Shown: positions 47,639 to 58,102 of the stretch, in pieces
How the letters are laid out: every line of letters starts with the position of its first letter
Position numbering within the stretch: the first letter of the stretch is position 1
The notes under the pieces: generated by a model
What the model was told of the DNA's origin: nothing
The model's database searches: none
What the model saw: only the letters and a program-made list of their open reading frames with translations
Translations under genes and position numbers: made by a program
Origin: Candidatus Kerfeldbacteria bacterium
GTDB taxonomy: Bacteria > Patescibacteriota > Patescibacteriia > UBA9570 > XYC2-FULL-38-9
Reading direction: 5' to 3'
DNA length: 64,000 bases
Assembly (NCBI GenBank): GCA_016182555.1
Contig: JACPGJ010000008.1
Location: forward strand, 220,272-284,271

Positions 47639-49891
47639 CTAGACCAACGGCGCTTCAAATGTCTGATCTGCGGTATCATCCGCTACTGGAGGCGGAACGA
47701 CGGAAGCAGTAGGGACGGATTCGGCTGGAACCGCGGATTTCACCACGGGTTGTGCCGCTGACTTCGTAGCAGGCTTTGGGGCGGGACCGGCGATCTCCGC
47801 TTCCACGTCACCTAGCGGCGTGGCATATTTTCGGCGACTTGCGGCAATACACTGCTCCGCAATACCACTCTTGAAATCTGGGTCAGCGACATCTGCACTC
47901 ATGGCACTAAACGCTGGTGTCACCACACCATCAATCGAAATCTTCAAATACATTTCGCGAACACCCAAATTCATAATATCATAGGCTGAAAAACGTGGCG
48001 CAAATTCGTTGGCCACATATTGCGCGTCTTCGGCACCTAAACGAAAGGTAATCATGGAACCGACATTACCAAACACCGTTTCACGCGTTGCCGGCAACAA
48101 TTGTCCCAAATACTGATGCGACACCGTTAAATTCAAGCGATATTTACGCGCTTCAGACAAAATATTATCAAACGTCTTCGTAGCGAAATTTTGAAACTCA
48201 TCGACGTACAAGTAAAAATCTTTACGCTCGTCTGCGGAAACCAATGCCCGCGCCATAATATGCTGTTCAATTTTCGTAATAATTAACGAACCAAGCAATG
48301 CCGAATTTTCTTCTCCCAACTTCCCCTTAGATAATTCCACCAACAAAATACGTTGGTTATTCATAATGTCATCAAAATCCACTTTGTTCATTTGCTGGGC
48401 CACAATATTGCGCACCATTTCGTTCGACAAAAATTGACCCAGCTTGTTCACTAACGGAACAATCGCTTCATTATCAAATTTTTCTGACCAACTGGAAAAT
48501 TCATTTGCCCAGAATTTTTTCACCACATGATCTTGAATTTCCGCAATCACTGCTTGGCGGTAAGATCGATCAGTCAACATTTGCTGCATGCCCATGATCG
48601 TCGCTTTATGATAATCGAGCAACGCGAGAATGGTAAAACGAAATACATGTTCGATTTTCGGTGACCAATCTGCACCAAAAAATTTCTTAAAAATTTCAAT
48701 CATTCCCTGCGCCACTTGCTGTTTTAAATCGCGCGAAACATTCGCAATCGGGTTAAAGGCAATCGGAAATTCTAAATCTGATGGGCTGAAATAGACCACA
48801 TCTTCGGTGCGCTCTTTCGGCACATGGTACAACAGCGCTTGAATCAAGTCGCCATGAGGATCAATCACACACACCCCTTTGCCAGCCACGATATCATTGA
48901 TAATTAACTTTTCCAACAATTTACTTTTGCCAACACCACTCTTCCCAACAATATATAAATGGCGACGACGGTCGACACGCTTAATACCAAATTCCACAGC
49001 CGTACCACGAAAATTGGTAACACCAAAACGCGACAGCTCCGCAGGCGAAGTATTTTTTAACGTCGGTAAATTCATCGGCGGTTCAGCTTTGCGCGAATAG
49101 ACCCAATTGACGCCACGAATTTTTGAAACCGGGTCCGGTGCGTGAAATAGCAACGCTAACTCTTCGGTATTGACCATTCCACTCGAACGCTGCGCATGGG
49201 AAAAGTAATCATTCACCAACGTTTGGGTATCAGGAAATACATTCACCCGTAAATATTTTTGTTCCGTAGCGAGTGGGCTAAACACATGCTGCAACGTGGA
49301 TGTCGTGATTTCCGGATCTTCAGATCCATCCGTAAAATACAACATTCTCACCGTCGCTTGGAAATGTGGCTTTTCATCTTCCCGTACTTCTTTCTCCACA
49401 ATACTGTACATACTTCCCTCTTCTGCGACCATCGATTCATCAATCGGGCTCAAAATGAGTTGATAAAAAATAGCATCGTGCGAAGAAACCTGCGCAAAGG
49501 TGTTGAACAACACGTTCAGCGGATCTTCAGAAAATGTTTCGGCAGAACGCAAATGCACCGCTTCACTACCAACCAAACGCACCTTTAAACCTACAGCTTG
49601 CGGTGGCACATTCGCGATATCAATATACTGATCCACTTCCTGAATGTGGGTATCTGGAAAAAGTGCAAATAAAAATGCCATCACGGCATTCACTAATGGT
49701 CGTGGGCAAATGATATAAAAATTGATCGCTCCATGAATTTGCACAATTTCCACCGAAATACTAGCAGTGTTAGCGACCAATAAATGAAAAATATTATAAA
49801 ACAACAATTCGAATTGTTTGATACGAGCGAGTGGCGGCTTTCCGGAATCTTCGAACGGAAACCGCAAATGCAACATGGTGGCATTATTCAT
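47639..49891 (-). CDS. TrwB/TraD/VirD4-like (type IV coupling protein family) P-loop ATPase with ~300-aa N-terminal domain and Pro-rich C-terminal tail
   Basis: GKSGVGKSKLLEKLIINDIVAGKGVCVIDPHGD (Walker A, then (R/K)G..V(I/V)DPxGD as in TrwB); Walker B YLYVDEFQNF; no N-terminal TM segments. Confidence 0.55.
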   Translation of the reverse strand: MNNATMLHLRFPFEDSGKPPLARIKQFELLFYNIFHLLVANTASISVEIVQIHGAINFYIICPRPLVNAVMAFLFALFPDTHIQEVDQYIDIANVPPQAVGLKVRLVGSEAVHLRSAETFSEDPLNVLFNTFAQVSSHDAIFYQLILSPIDESMVAEEGSMYSIVEKEVREDEKPHFQATVRMLYFTDGSEDPEITTSTLQHVFSPLATEQKYLRVNVFPDTQTLVNDYFSHAQRSSGMVNTEELALLFHAPDPVSKIRGVNWVYSRKAEPPMNLPTLKNTSPAELSRFGVTNFRGTAVEFGIKRVDRRRHLYIVGKSGVGKSKLLEKLIINDIVAGKGVCVIDPHGDLIQALLYHVPKERTEDVVYFSPSDLEFPIAFNPIANVSRDLKQQVAQGMIEIFKKFFGADWSPKIEHVFRFTILALLDYHKATIMGMQQMLTDRSYRQAVIAEIQDHVVKKFWANEFSSWSEKFDNEAIVPLVNKLGQFLSNEMVRNIVAQQMNKVDFDDIMNNQRILLVELSKGKLGEENSALLGSLIITKIEQHIMARALVSADERKDFYLYVDEFQNFATKTFDNILSEARKYRLNLTVSHQYLGQLLPATRETVFGNVGSMITFRLGAEDAQYVANEFAPRFSAYDIMNLGVREMYLKISIDGVVTPAFSAMSADVADPDFKSGIAEQCIAASRRKYATPLGDVEAEIAGPAPKPATKSAAQPVVKSAVPAESVPTASVVPPPVADDTADQTFEAPLV

Positions 49892-49893
49892 AA

Positions 49894-52074
49894 CTATAGG
49901 TCTAATGGTGCTGCTGTTGATTGAGAAGAATGTTGCAAAGACGATGAGCTGCCTCCAGCACCAGCTGGTTGTTGGCCGCCACCTCCACCACCACTTTTCT
50001 TACGACGCCTTCGACGACGCTTCGCACTCGCACTCGTTTGTCCTGAAGCCGGCGATTGGCTTTGACCTGAACGTTGTGTTTGCGGCTGGGGTTGACGTTG
50101 GGGCGGACGAGAGAGTGGCGGTTGATCTTGACCTTGAGGAATATGGGCTGCTTGTGGCCGAACTTGCGTTGGCTTTGCTGGAGATTGTGGTGCAGATTGT
50201 TGTGGAAGCATCTGCGGCAAGACAACACGTTGCGGTTGGTTCCCGCTGGGTGTCGCCGATTGTGGTGACTGAGATGCGGAACGTACTGGCTGAGGTTGAA
50301 TTTGAACCTGTCGTGGCGCTTGTGGCTGTGGTCGCGGTGAAGGTTGCGGTTGGACTTGCGCACGATGTTGTACTGGTTGAGGCTGACGTTGGGCTGGTCG
50401 CGGCGACTGCGATTGAGGTTGACGCGATTGTTGTGGTTTGCGATCCAATTTCTGGGGCATGGATTTCTGTGGTGAAGGTGTAGGAGCGAGAACTACTGCT
50501 GGTGATGACGAAGGAAACCCGGATAAAAAATTAATTTCTCTATCTCGAAGTTCATCAATGTCATTTTGTGGCCGTGCTATCGTTGCTGCTTTCGGTGCTT
50601 TCGGTGGTGGAGGCGGTGCCGCTAGGCCCTTTTTTTTATTCAATTGTTCTGTTTCCGCTGCTCCTTCATTCTTTTCTTGCTGTTTTTCATCTTCTGTTTT
50701 TGTGTTCGTCATGGGCTCATCCACAGTATCGGCTTCATCAATGTCAACGTTAATATCAGACCACTTCATAATATTTTCTTCTACCGCGGCACGATTTTTT
50801 GCATATCGCTCACGCGACAACTGAATGACTTTTTCTTTATTTCCCGTTTCTCCCGTCAGCGGCGGTAAGGTGCTCGCAGAAAATGGGCTGGAAGAAACAC
50901 CATCAATCATCAAACGCAAATAAATATGATGTGCGGGTAGTGTTACTAAATCTTCTTGCATAAATGTTGGCTGGAATTCCTTTTCTAATTCCTCCGCATC
51001 CGCTGCACCCACACGAAACGCAATTAACGTACCCACATTACCAAATACGGCTGGAGCCACTACCTCGTTGAGCTGTTCAATATATTGGTGAGCCAAAATT
51101 AAATCCAGCCGATATTTTCGCGCCTCAGATAAAATGCCCGCAAAGGATTCGGTTGCAAAATTTTGAAACTCATCGACGTACAAATAAAAATCGCGCCGTT
51201 CTTTTTCCGGAATATTCACACGGCTCATAGCAGCCAGTTGCATTTTGGTAATCATCATCGCCCCAAGCAGCGCCGAATTTTCTTCACCAATGCGACCTTT
51301 GGCTAAATTCATCAGTAAAATTTTCCCAGAATCCATCAATTCACGCATATCAATTGTACTGCGGGTTTGACCGACAATATTGCGAATCAACTGCGAAGAC
51401 AAAAATTGTCCCACTTTATTCTGAATCGGCGCAATCGCTTCATTGCGAAATTTTTCCGAATAGTTATTGTATTCGTTCACCCAAAATGAACGCACGACCG
51501 GGTCGGTAATTTTTTTCAATATTTTTTTTCGATACCGTGTATCCACCAACATGCGTGTCACCCCCAGCAAGGTGGACCCGGGGTTTTCTAACAACGCCAA
51601 AATCGTGTTAATCAAAATATATTCCAAGCGGGGGCCCCACGAATCGGCCCAAATCTTTTTAAATACACCCACTAACCCATTCGATACCAGATTTTTATAT
51701 TCCGGGCTAACACTTTCCAAAATATTAAACGCAATGGGATAATCCAAATCTGCTGGGTTAAAATAGACCACATCATTAATACGGTTGTTCGGAACAAAGT
51801 TCACCACTTTTTCTACTAAGTCTCCGTGCGGGTCAACGACTGCCAAACCACGACCTTCGCGAATGTCTTGAATAATCATATTTTCCAACAACGTCGATTT
51901 GCCCATACCGGTTTTCCCAATCATGTACATGTGGCGCCGACGATCATCTTCCTTAATACCAAAACTACGGAACTCATTCCGAAAATTTGTTTGCGCAAAT
52001 ACCACTGGCTTATCCTGGTGTGGTGGAATCGATGCCGGGGCGGGTTGATCGTTTGGTGGCAATGGTTTATCCAT
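49894..52074 (-). CDS. paralogous TrwB/TraD-like P-loop ATPase with ~280-aa Pro/Gln-rich low-complexity C-terminal tail
   Basis: GKTGMGKSTLLENMIIQDIREGRGLAVVDPHGD, YLYVDEFQNF; 2 nt from the upstream paralog. Tail PQPQ.../RRRRRRKKSGGGGGG. Confidence 0.55.
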   Translation of the reverse strand: MDKPLPPNDQPAPASIPPHQDKPVVFAQTNFRNEFRSFGIKEDDRRRHMYMIGKTGMGKSTLLENMIIQDIREGRGLAVVDPHGDLVEKVVNFVPNNRINDVVYFNPADLDYPIAFNILESVSPEYKNLVSNGLVGVFKKIWADSWGPRLEYILINTILALLENPGSTLLGVTRMLVDTRYRKKILKKITDPVVRSFWVNEYNNYSEKFRNEAIAPIQNKVGQFLSSQLIRNIVGQTRSTIDMRELMDSGKILLMNLAKGRIGEENSALLGAMMITKMQLAAMSRVNIPEKERRDFYLYVDEFQNFATESFAGILSEARKYRLDLILAHQYIEQLNEVVAPAVFGNVGTLIAFRVGAADAEELEKEFQPTFMQEDLVTLPAHHIYLRLMIDGVSSSPFSASTLPPLTGETGNKEKVIQLSRERYAKNRAAVEENIMKWSDINVDIDEADTVDEPMTNTKTEDEKQQEKNEGAAETEQLNKKKGLAAPPPPPKAPKAATIARPQNDIDELRDREINFLSGFPSSSPAVVLAPTPSPQKSMPQKLDRKPQQSRQPQSQSPRPAQRQPQPVQHRAQVQPQPSPRPQPQAPRQVQIQPQPVRSASQSPQSATPSGNQPQRVVLPQMLPQQSAPQSPAKPTQVRPQAAHIPQGQDQPPLSRPPQRQPQPQTQRSGQSQSPASGQTSASAKRRRRRRKKSGGGGGGQQPAGAGGSSSSLQHSSQSTAAPLDL

Positions 52075-52098
52075 AGAAACAATGAGTTGAGCAAGAAA

Positions 52099-53754
52099 TT
52101 AGGCGAAGGGTAAATTGGCAGGTGGTTGTCCTTTCTGGTTTGGATCACTGCTTTGTTGCGTGGGTGTCGGTATATTCGTGGGCCCAGGCACTGGTTGGGT
52201 CGGAGTGGAACCACCACTTGGCGATGGCGACAAACGCTTAATAGGACGGACATTTGGTGGTAGCCCAGCCATAGAACGAGTAAGGTCCACTTGCGGTGTT
52301 GCTGTACCACCAGAAGGAGGCGGGGGTGGCGGTGGCACAATACTGCGTTGTGGCAAACCCGAAGGCGGTACTGGAATTTGCTGCCCAGAACTAGCAGAAT
52401 CTGGGCTAGATGCTGGTTCAACCATTTGCTCAGCAGAGGGCTGCAATACTGTTGACGGTATATCGAATGGTAAACGTGCTGGGGGTTCGGATTTTTTTGA
52501 TACCGTTTTGGTTACCAGCGGTGCCTTCACTGTCATTACTGGGAAATGGAAGATACTCGCAATTTCGACATTCGATAGGACTTGCTGCAATTCCCCTTCC
52601 CAGTTAGATCGTCCTTTATATGAATTAAAAATTCTATTTTTTCTCACGTTCTGTTGCCACGTTGGGAAAATATATGCTGGCAAGTTCGTACGAGTACGAC
52701 GACCGTACACTAACGCATTTAAGTCCGTGGTATTAAATTGTTTGATAGAACCCTGAATGGCCGCAGCAACACGTGGTGGGCTAAAAATTTCTTTGGGTGC
52801 AATATAAATGAAGCGAAATTTACATTGAAACGGGATACGGGCAATCTTTTTCTGAATCTCAACAATAACCTGCTGTTCACCGGTGGTTAAATTCAAATAA
52901 TTTCCTAAACTATCTGGTACAGGTGGTGGTGGTGGCGTAATTCCGGTAGCGGAAAAGAGGGCATTATGGATCCCCTCGAGTAACACCAATGGCGCATCTA
53001 ATATTTTATCCACCGTGTTTCGCGTACTCCCTTTTTTCCTACCAATCAATTTTTCGAATTCTGCCACTCCCTTATCACGCCACGAAAATGCTTGTGGGGT
53101 AATAACAAATTGCAACCATACCTGCTCACCCGGACGCAAGCGGCTCATAATTTCCAAAATAGCCGCCATCGGGTCTGCAAATATTCCTGTTAATGGATGT
53201 TCAAAATACTCGTATGTTTTTATTGGATACACATCAGATTTAGCGAGCACGAATTCTACCCCAAACAGATCAAATTTTGGATCAGGGTACTTCTGTGGCG
53301 CATTCGGTACATAGTCCTCGACCTCCACAATTTCTGCATCTGGATACTGTGCAAAAATCGCTCCCTTCACTAAGTCGACATTATAGGTATCGCAACGAAT
53401 AAAATATTGAATATACCCATCAATACTCACCAATTCCAAAGAAAAAGTATCCAAAAACATTCCTTGCCACCATTTCTGCTTAAACGTAAACGGAATAAAC
53501 ACGCCATGCATATTCGCAATAATCTGCTCTACCGCTTTCATACTCTGTTCATTCAACTTGGGCACATCAATAGCGAGTAACACCTGTTTTTTACTTTTTG
53601 CATACATTCCCCATATCCAAAAAAACCACGTATCTTTCACCATGAAATAAAACACAGGCAAGAAAGCGATCCAGCCGCCGGCACGAAATAATTGGATGAG
53701 TCCTTGAAATGGATTATGTGCATCTCCAAGGAGTTGTTGAACAATGCTCTCCAT
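52099..53754 (-). CDS. membrane protein with Pro-rich C-terminal region, unknown function (linked to the ATPase pair)
   Basis: N-terminal TM helix GGWIAFLPVFYFMVKDTWFFWIWGMYA; PPPPPPPSGG and P/S/T-rich tail. Track start is TTG at 53766; ATG at 53754 used. Confidence 0.4.
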   Translation of the reverse strand: MESIVQQLLGDAHNPFQGLIQLFRAGGWIAFLPVFYFMVKDTWFFWIWGMYAKSKKQVLLAIDVPKLNEQSMKAVEQIIANMHGVFIPFTFKQKWWQGMFLDTFSLELVSIDGYIQYFIRCDTYNVDLVKGAIFAQYPDAEIVEVEDYVPNAPQKYPDPKFDLFGVEFVLAKSDVYPIKTYEYFEHPLTGIFADPMAAILEIMSRLRPGEQVWLQFVITPQAFSWRDKGVAEFEKLIGRKKGSTRNTVDKILDAPLVLLEGIHNALFSATGITPPPPPVPDSLGNYLNLTTGEQQVIVEIQKKIARIPFQCKFRFIYIAPKEIFSPPRVAAAIQGSIKQFNTTDLNALVYGRRTRTNLPAYIFPTWQQNVRKNRIFNSYKGRSNWEGELQQVLSNVEIASIFHFPVMTVKAPLVTKTVSKKSEPPARLPFDIPSTVLQPSAEQMVEPASSPDSASSGQQIPVPPSGLPQRSIVPPPPPPPSGGTATPQVDLTRSMAGLPPNVRPIKRLSPSPSGGSTPTQPVPGPTNIPTPTQQSSDPNQKGQPPANLPFA

Positions 53755-53784
53755 GAACGATTTCAATTTTTATTTGTATCTCTA

Positions 53785-54918
53785 TTATGCACCAGAAATG
53801 GCAGTTGGAACAGGGGGTTCTGCCAATGTATATTTCCCGTCATTGGTCTTCCGAAATATATGTTTATCTGTTAACGCTAAATGAATCGTATTTTTCTTCA
53901 CAATACGTTGTTGTAATACGCGCTCAACAATTTCGCTGCGCTGCAACGGCGTACCGGCTTTTTTCAATATTGCCACAATGACGTTCGATACCACCCCATC
54001 AGTAAAGCCCCATTCACGTAATGCGTAAATGCCACGCCCCACAAGCACATATTCAGGGTTGAGGATGAGTTCGTTATGCACCGTGGGCGGATACGCTTGT
54101 TTTTTAAAAATTTTAGTAATGCGACGAGCAATTTCTTCAAAATGCATTGGTTTCCCCTCTTTCTTCAGCACCAAATACACGCGGTCATTCATACGCTTTG
54201 GTAAAATGAGCCCCCATTCGGTTAAACCATATTCATCAAACGGATTTTTTGAAATTTTTGCAGAAATATCGATATAGGCAAGTACCGCGTCTTCTGTCAG
54301 CTTCTGCTGATTCGCGATATAAAATGGCTTTTGCACAAATGCTTCAAACAACTCATCAAATATCTTCGGCGTGCCAATTTCACGAATCACCGCTTCTAAC
54401 GCAGCAATACTCTGATCGACAAATTCCATCGATGCTAAAACCAACTTCCATCCTGGCAAATATTTTTTCGATTTTGGAATTGGTGTGAGCTTATCATTCA
54501 ACAATTCGTTCAAAATAAAAGCAATACTCTGCCGATTCTGTGACGTATCATCATTGGCAGCCAGCAGGACATCAAACATCATTTCACGAGTCATGACACC
54601 CCCGTGTTGGTTTAATAACGAAATGACTAAATGTTCCACAGGCTTAATCACTTCAGCAAATGCCGGAGACGCTTTCATTTTGGCAATGGACTGGCTTTCA
54701 ATCTGCCGTATGCGTTCCCGAGTAACATGATACAAGGAACCAATTGTTTCTAATGTCTCCTTACCTTGTTCTGTTAAACCATAACGACGCCGCAGAACAT
54801 CTGCTTCTTTAGATGACAACGTTTTTAAGAGAGTAGTAAGTATTTCTAATGGATGAAATAACTGTTTTTCCTGGTCTTCTTTACTGGAGAGTACGCGATC
54901 AAGTATTGAATCTGCCAT
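53785..54918 (-). CDS. protein with N-terminal sigma-70 region-4-like HTH and a ~280-aa uncharacterised C-terminal domain
   Basis: LSSKEADVLRRRYGLTEQGKETLETIGSLYHVTRERIRQIESQSIAKMK matches sigma70 region 4.2; no region 2 present. Confidence 0.5.
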   Translation of the reverse strand: MADSILDRVLSSKEDQEKQLFHPLEILTTLLKTLSSKEADVLRRRYGLTEQGKETLETIGSLYHVTRERIRQIESQSIAKMKASPAFAEVIKPVEHLVISLLNQHGGVMTREMMFDVLLAANDDTSQNRQSIAFILNELLNDKLTPIPKSKKYLPGWKLVLASMEFVDQSIAALEAVIREIGTPKIFDELFEAFVQKPFYIANQQKLTEDAVLAYIDISAKISKNPFDEYGLTEWGLILPKRMNDRVYLVLKKEGKPMHFEEIARRITKIFKKQAYPPTVHNELILNPEYVLVGRGIYALREWGFTDGVVSNVIVAILKKAGTPLQRSEIVERVLQQRIVKKNTIHLALTDKHIFRKTNDGKYTLAEPPVPTAISGA

Positions 54919-55015
54919 AGACTTCTAAATGTTTAGTATAGTGAATATACCATATCCTTGCTCTGGAGTCAAATTTGTCGTTTAGTCAAAATGAGAGTAT
55001 ACTAAAATAAATTGA

Positions 55016-55480
55016 ATGACTATTCTCGCTTATATGGCAACAGATCCACTCGATCTTCCACTAGAAAACGATCAATATTCTTCAACATCCAACGGAAATA
55101 TGGAAAAAATGGATGAAGGGAATGCAGATCAAAATACAGAAGGGATTGATTTTGAAAAAACCACGCATCAAGTACAGCTCGCTATTCAATATGTGAACGA
55201 AACACGGGCAGATTTTGAGCAAGCTGGGCCGCAACCATGGGTTAATCAACTGATAGATATACTCAACACCGCACTCAAGAGTATCCATGAATTAGAAATG
55301 GTGCATGTGGATGACCTGGTCGACTGGACTGATGAATTTGGTGATACCCATCAAATCATGGTGCGTTTGGTTGACGAAGAAGGCTTTGACCGCGTGATGA
55401 ATACGTATACGTCTGCAGAGAAACAATTTGAAGAGTATTTCAACAAACACTTGAAAATGATTGGCGAGGAGACAGCCTAA
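55016..55480 (+). CDS. acidic hypothetical protein
   Basis: 154-aa ORF divergent from the sigma-r4-like gene. Confidence 0.3.
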   Translation: MTILAYMATDPLDLPLENDQYSSTSNGNMEKMDEGNADQNTEGIDFEKTTHQVQLAIQYVNETRADFEQAGPQPWVNQLIDILNTALKSIHELEMVHVDDLVDWTDEFGDTHQIMVRLVDEEGFDRVMNTYTSAEKQFEEYFNKHLKMIGEETA

Positions 55481-55497
55481 CGCCACCGATGAAACAA

Positions 55498-56391
55498 TTA
55501 TTTTTTGAGTATTTTTTGGCCAACGAGCAATAACGGACTGGCAATAAATATAGAAGAATAGGTACCGAAAATAATACCAATCAAGAGGGTGAAGACAAAA
55601 TGGTGAATGGATTCGCCACCAAACAAATACAGAACCAGTAATACCAAGAGGGTTGCCAGCGAAGTATTCAGGGAACGCGCTAAGGTGGTATTAATACTGC
55701 TGTTTATAATTTCACGAAATGTTTTTGTGGCGCGGTCTTTCAACCCTTCACGAATACGGTCATAGACGACAATTGTATCATGCACAGAAAAGCCAAGAAT
55801 GGTCAGAAGTGCAGTGACGAAGAGTGAATCTATTTGGACATCAAAAAAGTGACCCAACAGAGAAAAAACTCCTAGAACAAGCAAAATATCATGTGCTAGC
55901 GCGATAATGGCGGATAGCCCAAATACCCAAGAGGGAACGGGCCCTTGCGACACTTTTCGGAATGCATAAGAGATATAGGCGACAATGGCCAAAAGCACAA
56001 GCAATAGGGCGGTGACAGCCTTATGTTTGAGTTCAGCGCCAAGGGTAGGGCCAATCGTGGAAAAACTCTGCTCCGTTACTCCTTTATCCGTAAACAATTG
56101 CAATATCTGTTCGCGTTGGTCGTTATTAATATATGGCAATTTAATCAGTAAATCGGTATCGCCAGCTGTTTGTATGCGTTCATCAGTAATATTGACTGTA
56201 GATAATGCCGCGCTCATCTCATCTATACTTGGGCGGGAGGCGGTGTCAGGAAAATGCAGCTGAATGGAACTACCTCCGGTAAAATCGATACCTAATTTCA
56301 ACCCCCATACTGCCAAAAAAACAACACTCACGAGTGCAGAGACAAAGGAGATCGTCGCCCAATATTTTGAGGTATCAATAATTCTATACAT
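55498..56391 (-). CDS. secF: protein translocase subunit SecF
   Basis: Six-TM SecF pattern (GLDFTGGSSIQLHF..., ...IVVYDRIRE...). Confidence 0.85.
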   Translation of the reverse strand: MYRIIDTSKYWATISFVSALVSVVFLAVWGLKLGIDFTGGSSIQLHFPDTASRPSIDEMSAALSTVNITDERIQTAGDTDLLIKLPYINNDQREQILQLFTDKGVTEQSFSTIGPTLGAELKHKAVTALLLVLLAIVAYISYAFRKVSQGPVPSWVFGLSAIIALAHDILLVLGVFSLLGHFFDVQIDSLFVTALLTILGFSVHDTIVVYDRIREGLKDRATKTFREIINSSINTTLARSLNTSLATLLVLLVLYLFGGESIHHFVFTLLIGIIFGTYSSIFIASPLLLVGQKILKK

Positions 56392-56395
56392 AAAT

Positions 56396-58102
56396 TTATT
56401 TATCGTGTTGTTTCATCTTGCGTACGCCAAACCAAGCCACATTGTTAATACGGAACAGACCAAGCAGATTGCGAGTGATGGTGATGGCAGAGAACATACT
56501 GACCACAATACCAATCGCCAGTGTAATAGCAAAACCGCGAATGAGTGAAGACCCAAACCAGTACAAAATGAGACAAGTAATCAACGATGACGCATTTGAA
56601 TCGCGAATAGATGTCCACGCACGCTTGAATCCATCATGAATACTTTGGCTTACCGGTTTGCCACTGCGCAATTCTTCTTTCATGCGTTCAAAAATGAGTA
56701 CGTTCGCATCCACCGCCATACCGATAGAGAGAATAAAACCCGCAATACCCGCAAGCGTAAGGGTTACTGGCCAGAGTTTAAAAATAGCGAGCACGAGTAA
56801 TGAATAGATACAGAGGGCAATAACCGCCATAAACCCGGGCAAGCGATAATACACGGTCATGAAAATAGACAAGAGGAATAGCCCAAGGACGCCCGCGAAT
56901 AAACTGCGTTCAATAGATTCTTGACCAAGGGTAGGACCAATATTTTGCTGGCTAATTAAGGTAATGGGTACCGGCAGTGCGCCAGCATTCAGGCGTTGCG
57001 CTAACTGCTTAGCTTCTTCTAAGGTGAAGCTACCAGAAATAACCGCTTCTCCCGTATTAATCTCTTGCTGCACAACTGGTGCACTAATAATTTTATTATC
57101 TAAATAGATCGCCACTGTTTTCCCCACATTGTCACGGGTAATTTGAGCAAACAAATCTTTTCCCTCGTCATTAAACTTTAAGCTGACTGTTGGTAAGCCC
57201 GTGTTGGGTTCAAAGGTGACATCAGCACGATCAAGTTGTTCACCAGTGAGAGCAGTGTCAACATAATTTGGGCCGTTTTGCGCGGGTGTTTCTGGAATTT
57301 TACGCAATAGAATATGGTGTGCCGTCGCTTTTGCATTCACCGCTTCTTGCGCTGGCTGGTCCCCTTCTGCGGGTTTGGCTGGTACCGCATCTGTGCGGCT
57401 ATCGACACGAATAATATGATAACCAAAATCCGTTTCCACAATTTCTGGGTAAATTTTACCAACCTCTGCCTTAGTAAATACCACATCATCAAATGGCGGA
57501 ACTGTATCGCCCTGCTCAAATTCATCTAACACACCGCCTTTATCTTTTGAACCGGGGTCTTGCGAATTTTCGCGAGCGATTGCTTCAAAATCGGCACCTT
57601 CCGCTTGGGCCTGTACTAACAAACTTTCTGCTGTTTGCTTGGTCTCTTCATTTTTCTTGCGAATTTGTTCTTTTTGTTCGTCGGTATATTCTGGCGGTGG
57701 ACCTTCCGTTTTAAATGCCAAAGTCGGTGTTTCGCCAATGCGGGCAATCGCTTGAGAAATATCGGTTACGCCAGGCAATTCTACCAGCACACGCCAAGAT
57801 TCATTAGAACGAGTGGTTTGAATAGTCGGCTCACTCACACCAAAAGCATTGATTCGGTTTTCAATCACATCACGAACACCATCAAGTGCACCTTGCTGGT
57901 CAGCGACATCAATGTTCGAAACATCAGCGTCATATAATAAAGAAACACCACCTTGCAAATCAAGACCGAGTTGCACTTTGAGTTCACGCTGAATGTTACC
58001 AATATGTAGATTTGGACCTTTTGGATAATCCACAACGCCTGCCAAAACAGTTAACGCCAAAATACCCAATAACCCTAACCGAATTTTTGTCCGCATTTTC
58101 AT
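56396..58102 (-). CDS. secD: protein translocase subunit SecD with a parvulin-type PPIase domain inserted in the periplasmic P1 head
   Basis: SecD core (LGLDLQGGVSLLY, VIENRINAFGVSEPTIQ, IYLDNKIISAPVVQQEI, C-terminal TM bundle). An insert AESLLVQAQAEGADFEAIARENSQDPGSKDKGGVLDEFEQGDTVPPFDDVVFTKAEVGKIYPEIVETDFGYHIIRV aligns almost residue by residue with E. coli PpiC. Confidence 0.8.
   Translation of the reverse strand: MKMRTKIRLGLLGILALTVLAGVVDYPKGPNLHIGNIQRELKVQLGLDLQGGVSLLYDADVSNIDVADQQGALDGVRDVIENRINAFGVSEPTIQTTRSNESWRVLVELPGVTDISQAIARIGETPTLAFKTEGPPPEYTDEQKEQIRKKNEETKQTAESLLVQAQAEGADFEAIARENSQDPGSKDKGGVLDEFEQGDTVPPFDDVVFTKAEVGKIYPEIVETDFGYHIIRVDSRTDAVPAKPAEGDQPAQEAVNAKATAHHILLRKIPETPAQNGPNYVDTALTGEQLDRADVTFEPNTGLPTVSLKFNDEGKDLFAQITRDNVGKTVAIYLDNKIISAPVVQQEINTGEAVISGSFTLEEAKQLAQRLNAGALPVPITLISQQNIGPTLGQESIERSLFAGVLGLFLLSIFMTVYYRLPGFMAVIALCIYSLLVLAIFKLWPVTLTLAGIAGFILSIGMAVDANVLIFERMKEELRSGKPVSQSIHDGFKRAWTSIRDSNASSLITCLILYWFGSSLIRGFAITLAIGIVVSMFSAITITRNLLGLFRINNVAWFGVRKMKQHDK

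Noticed and set aside
49818-50868. Several plus-strand ORFs (221, 128, 74 aa)
   Set aside because: Antisense to the Pro/Gln-rich low-complexity tail of the ATPase; they are repeat-driven open frames.
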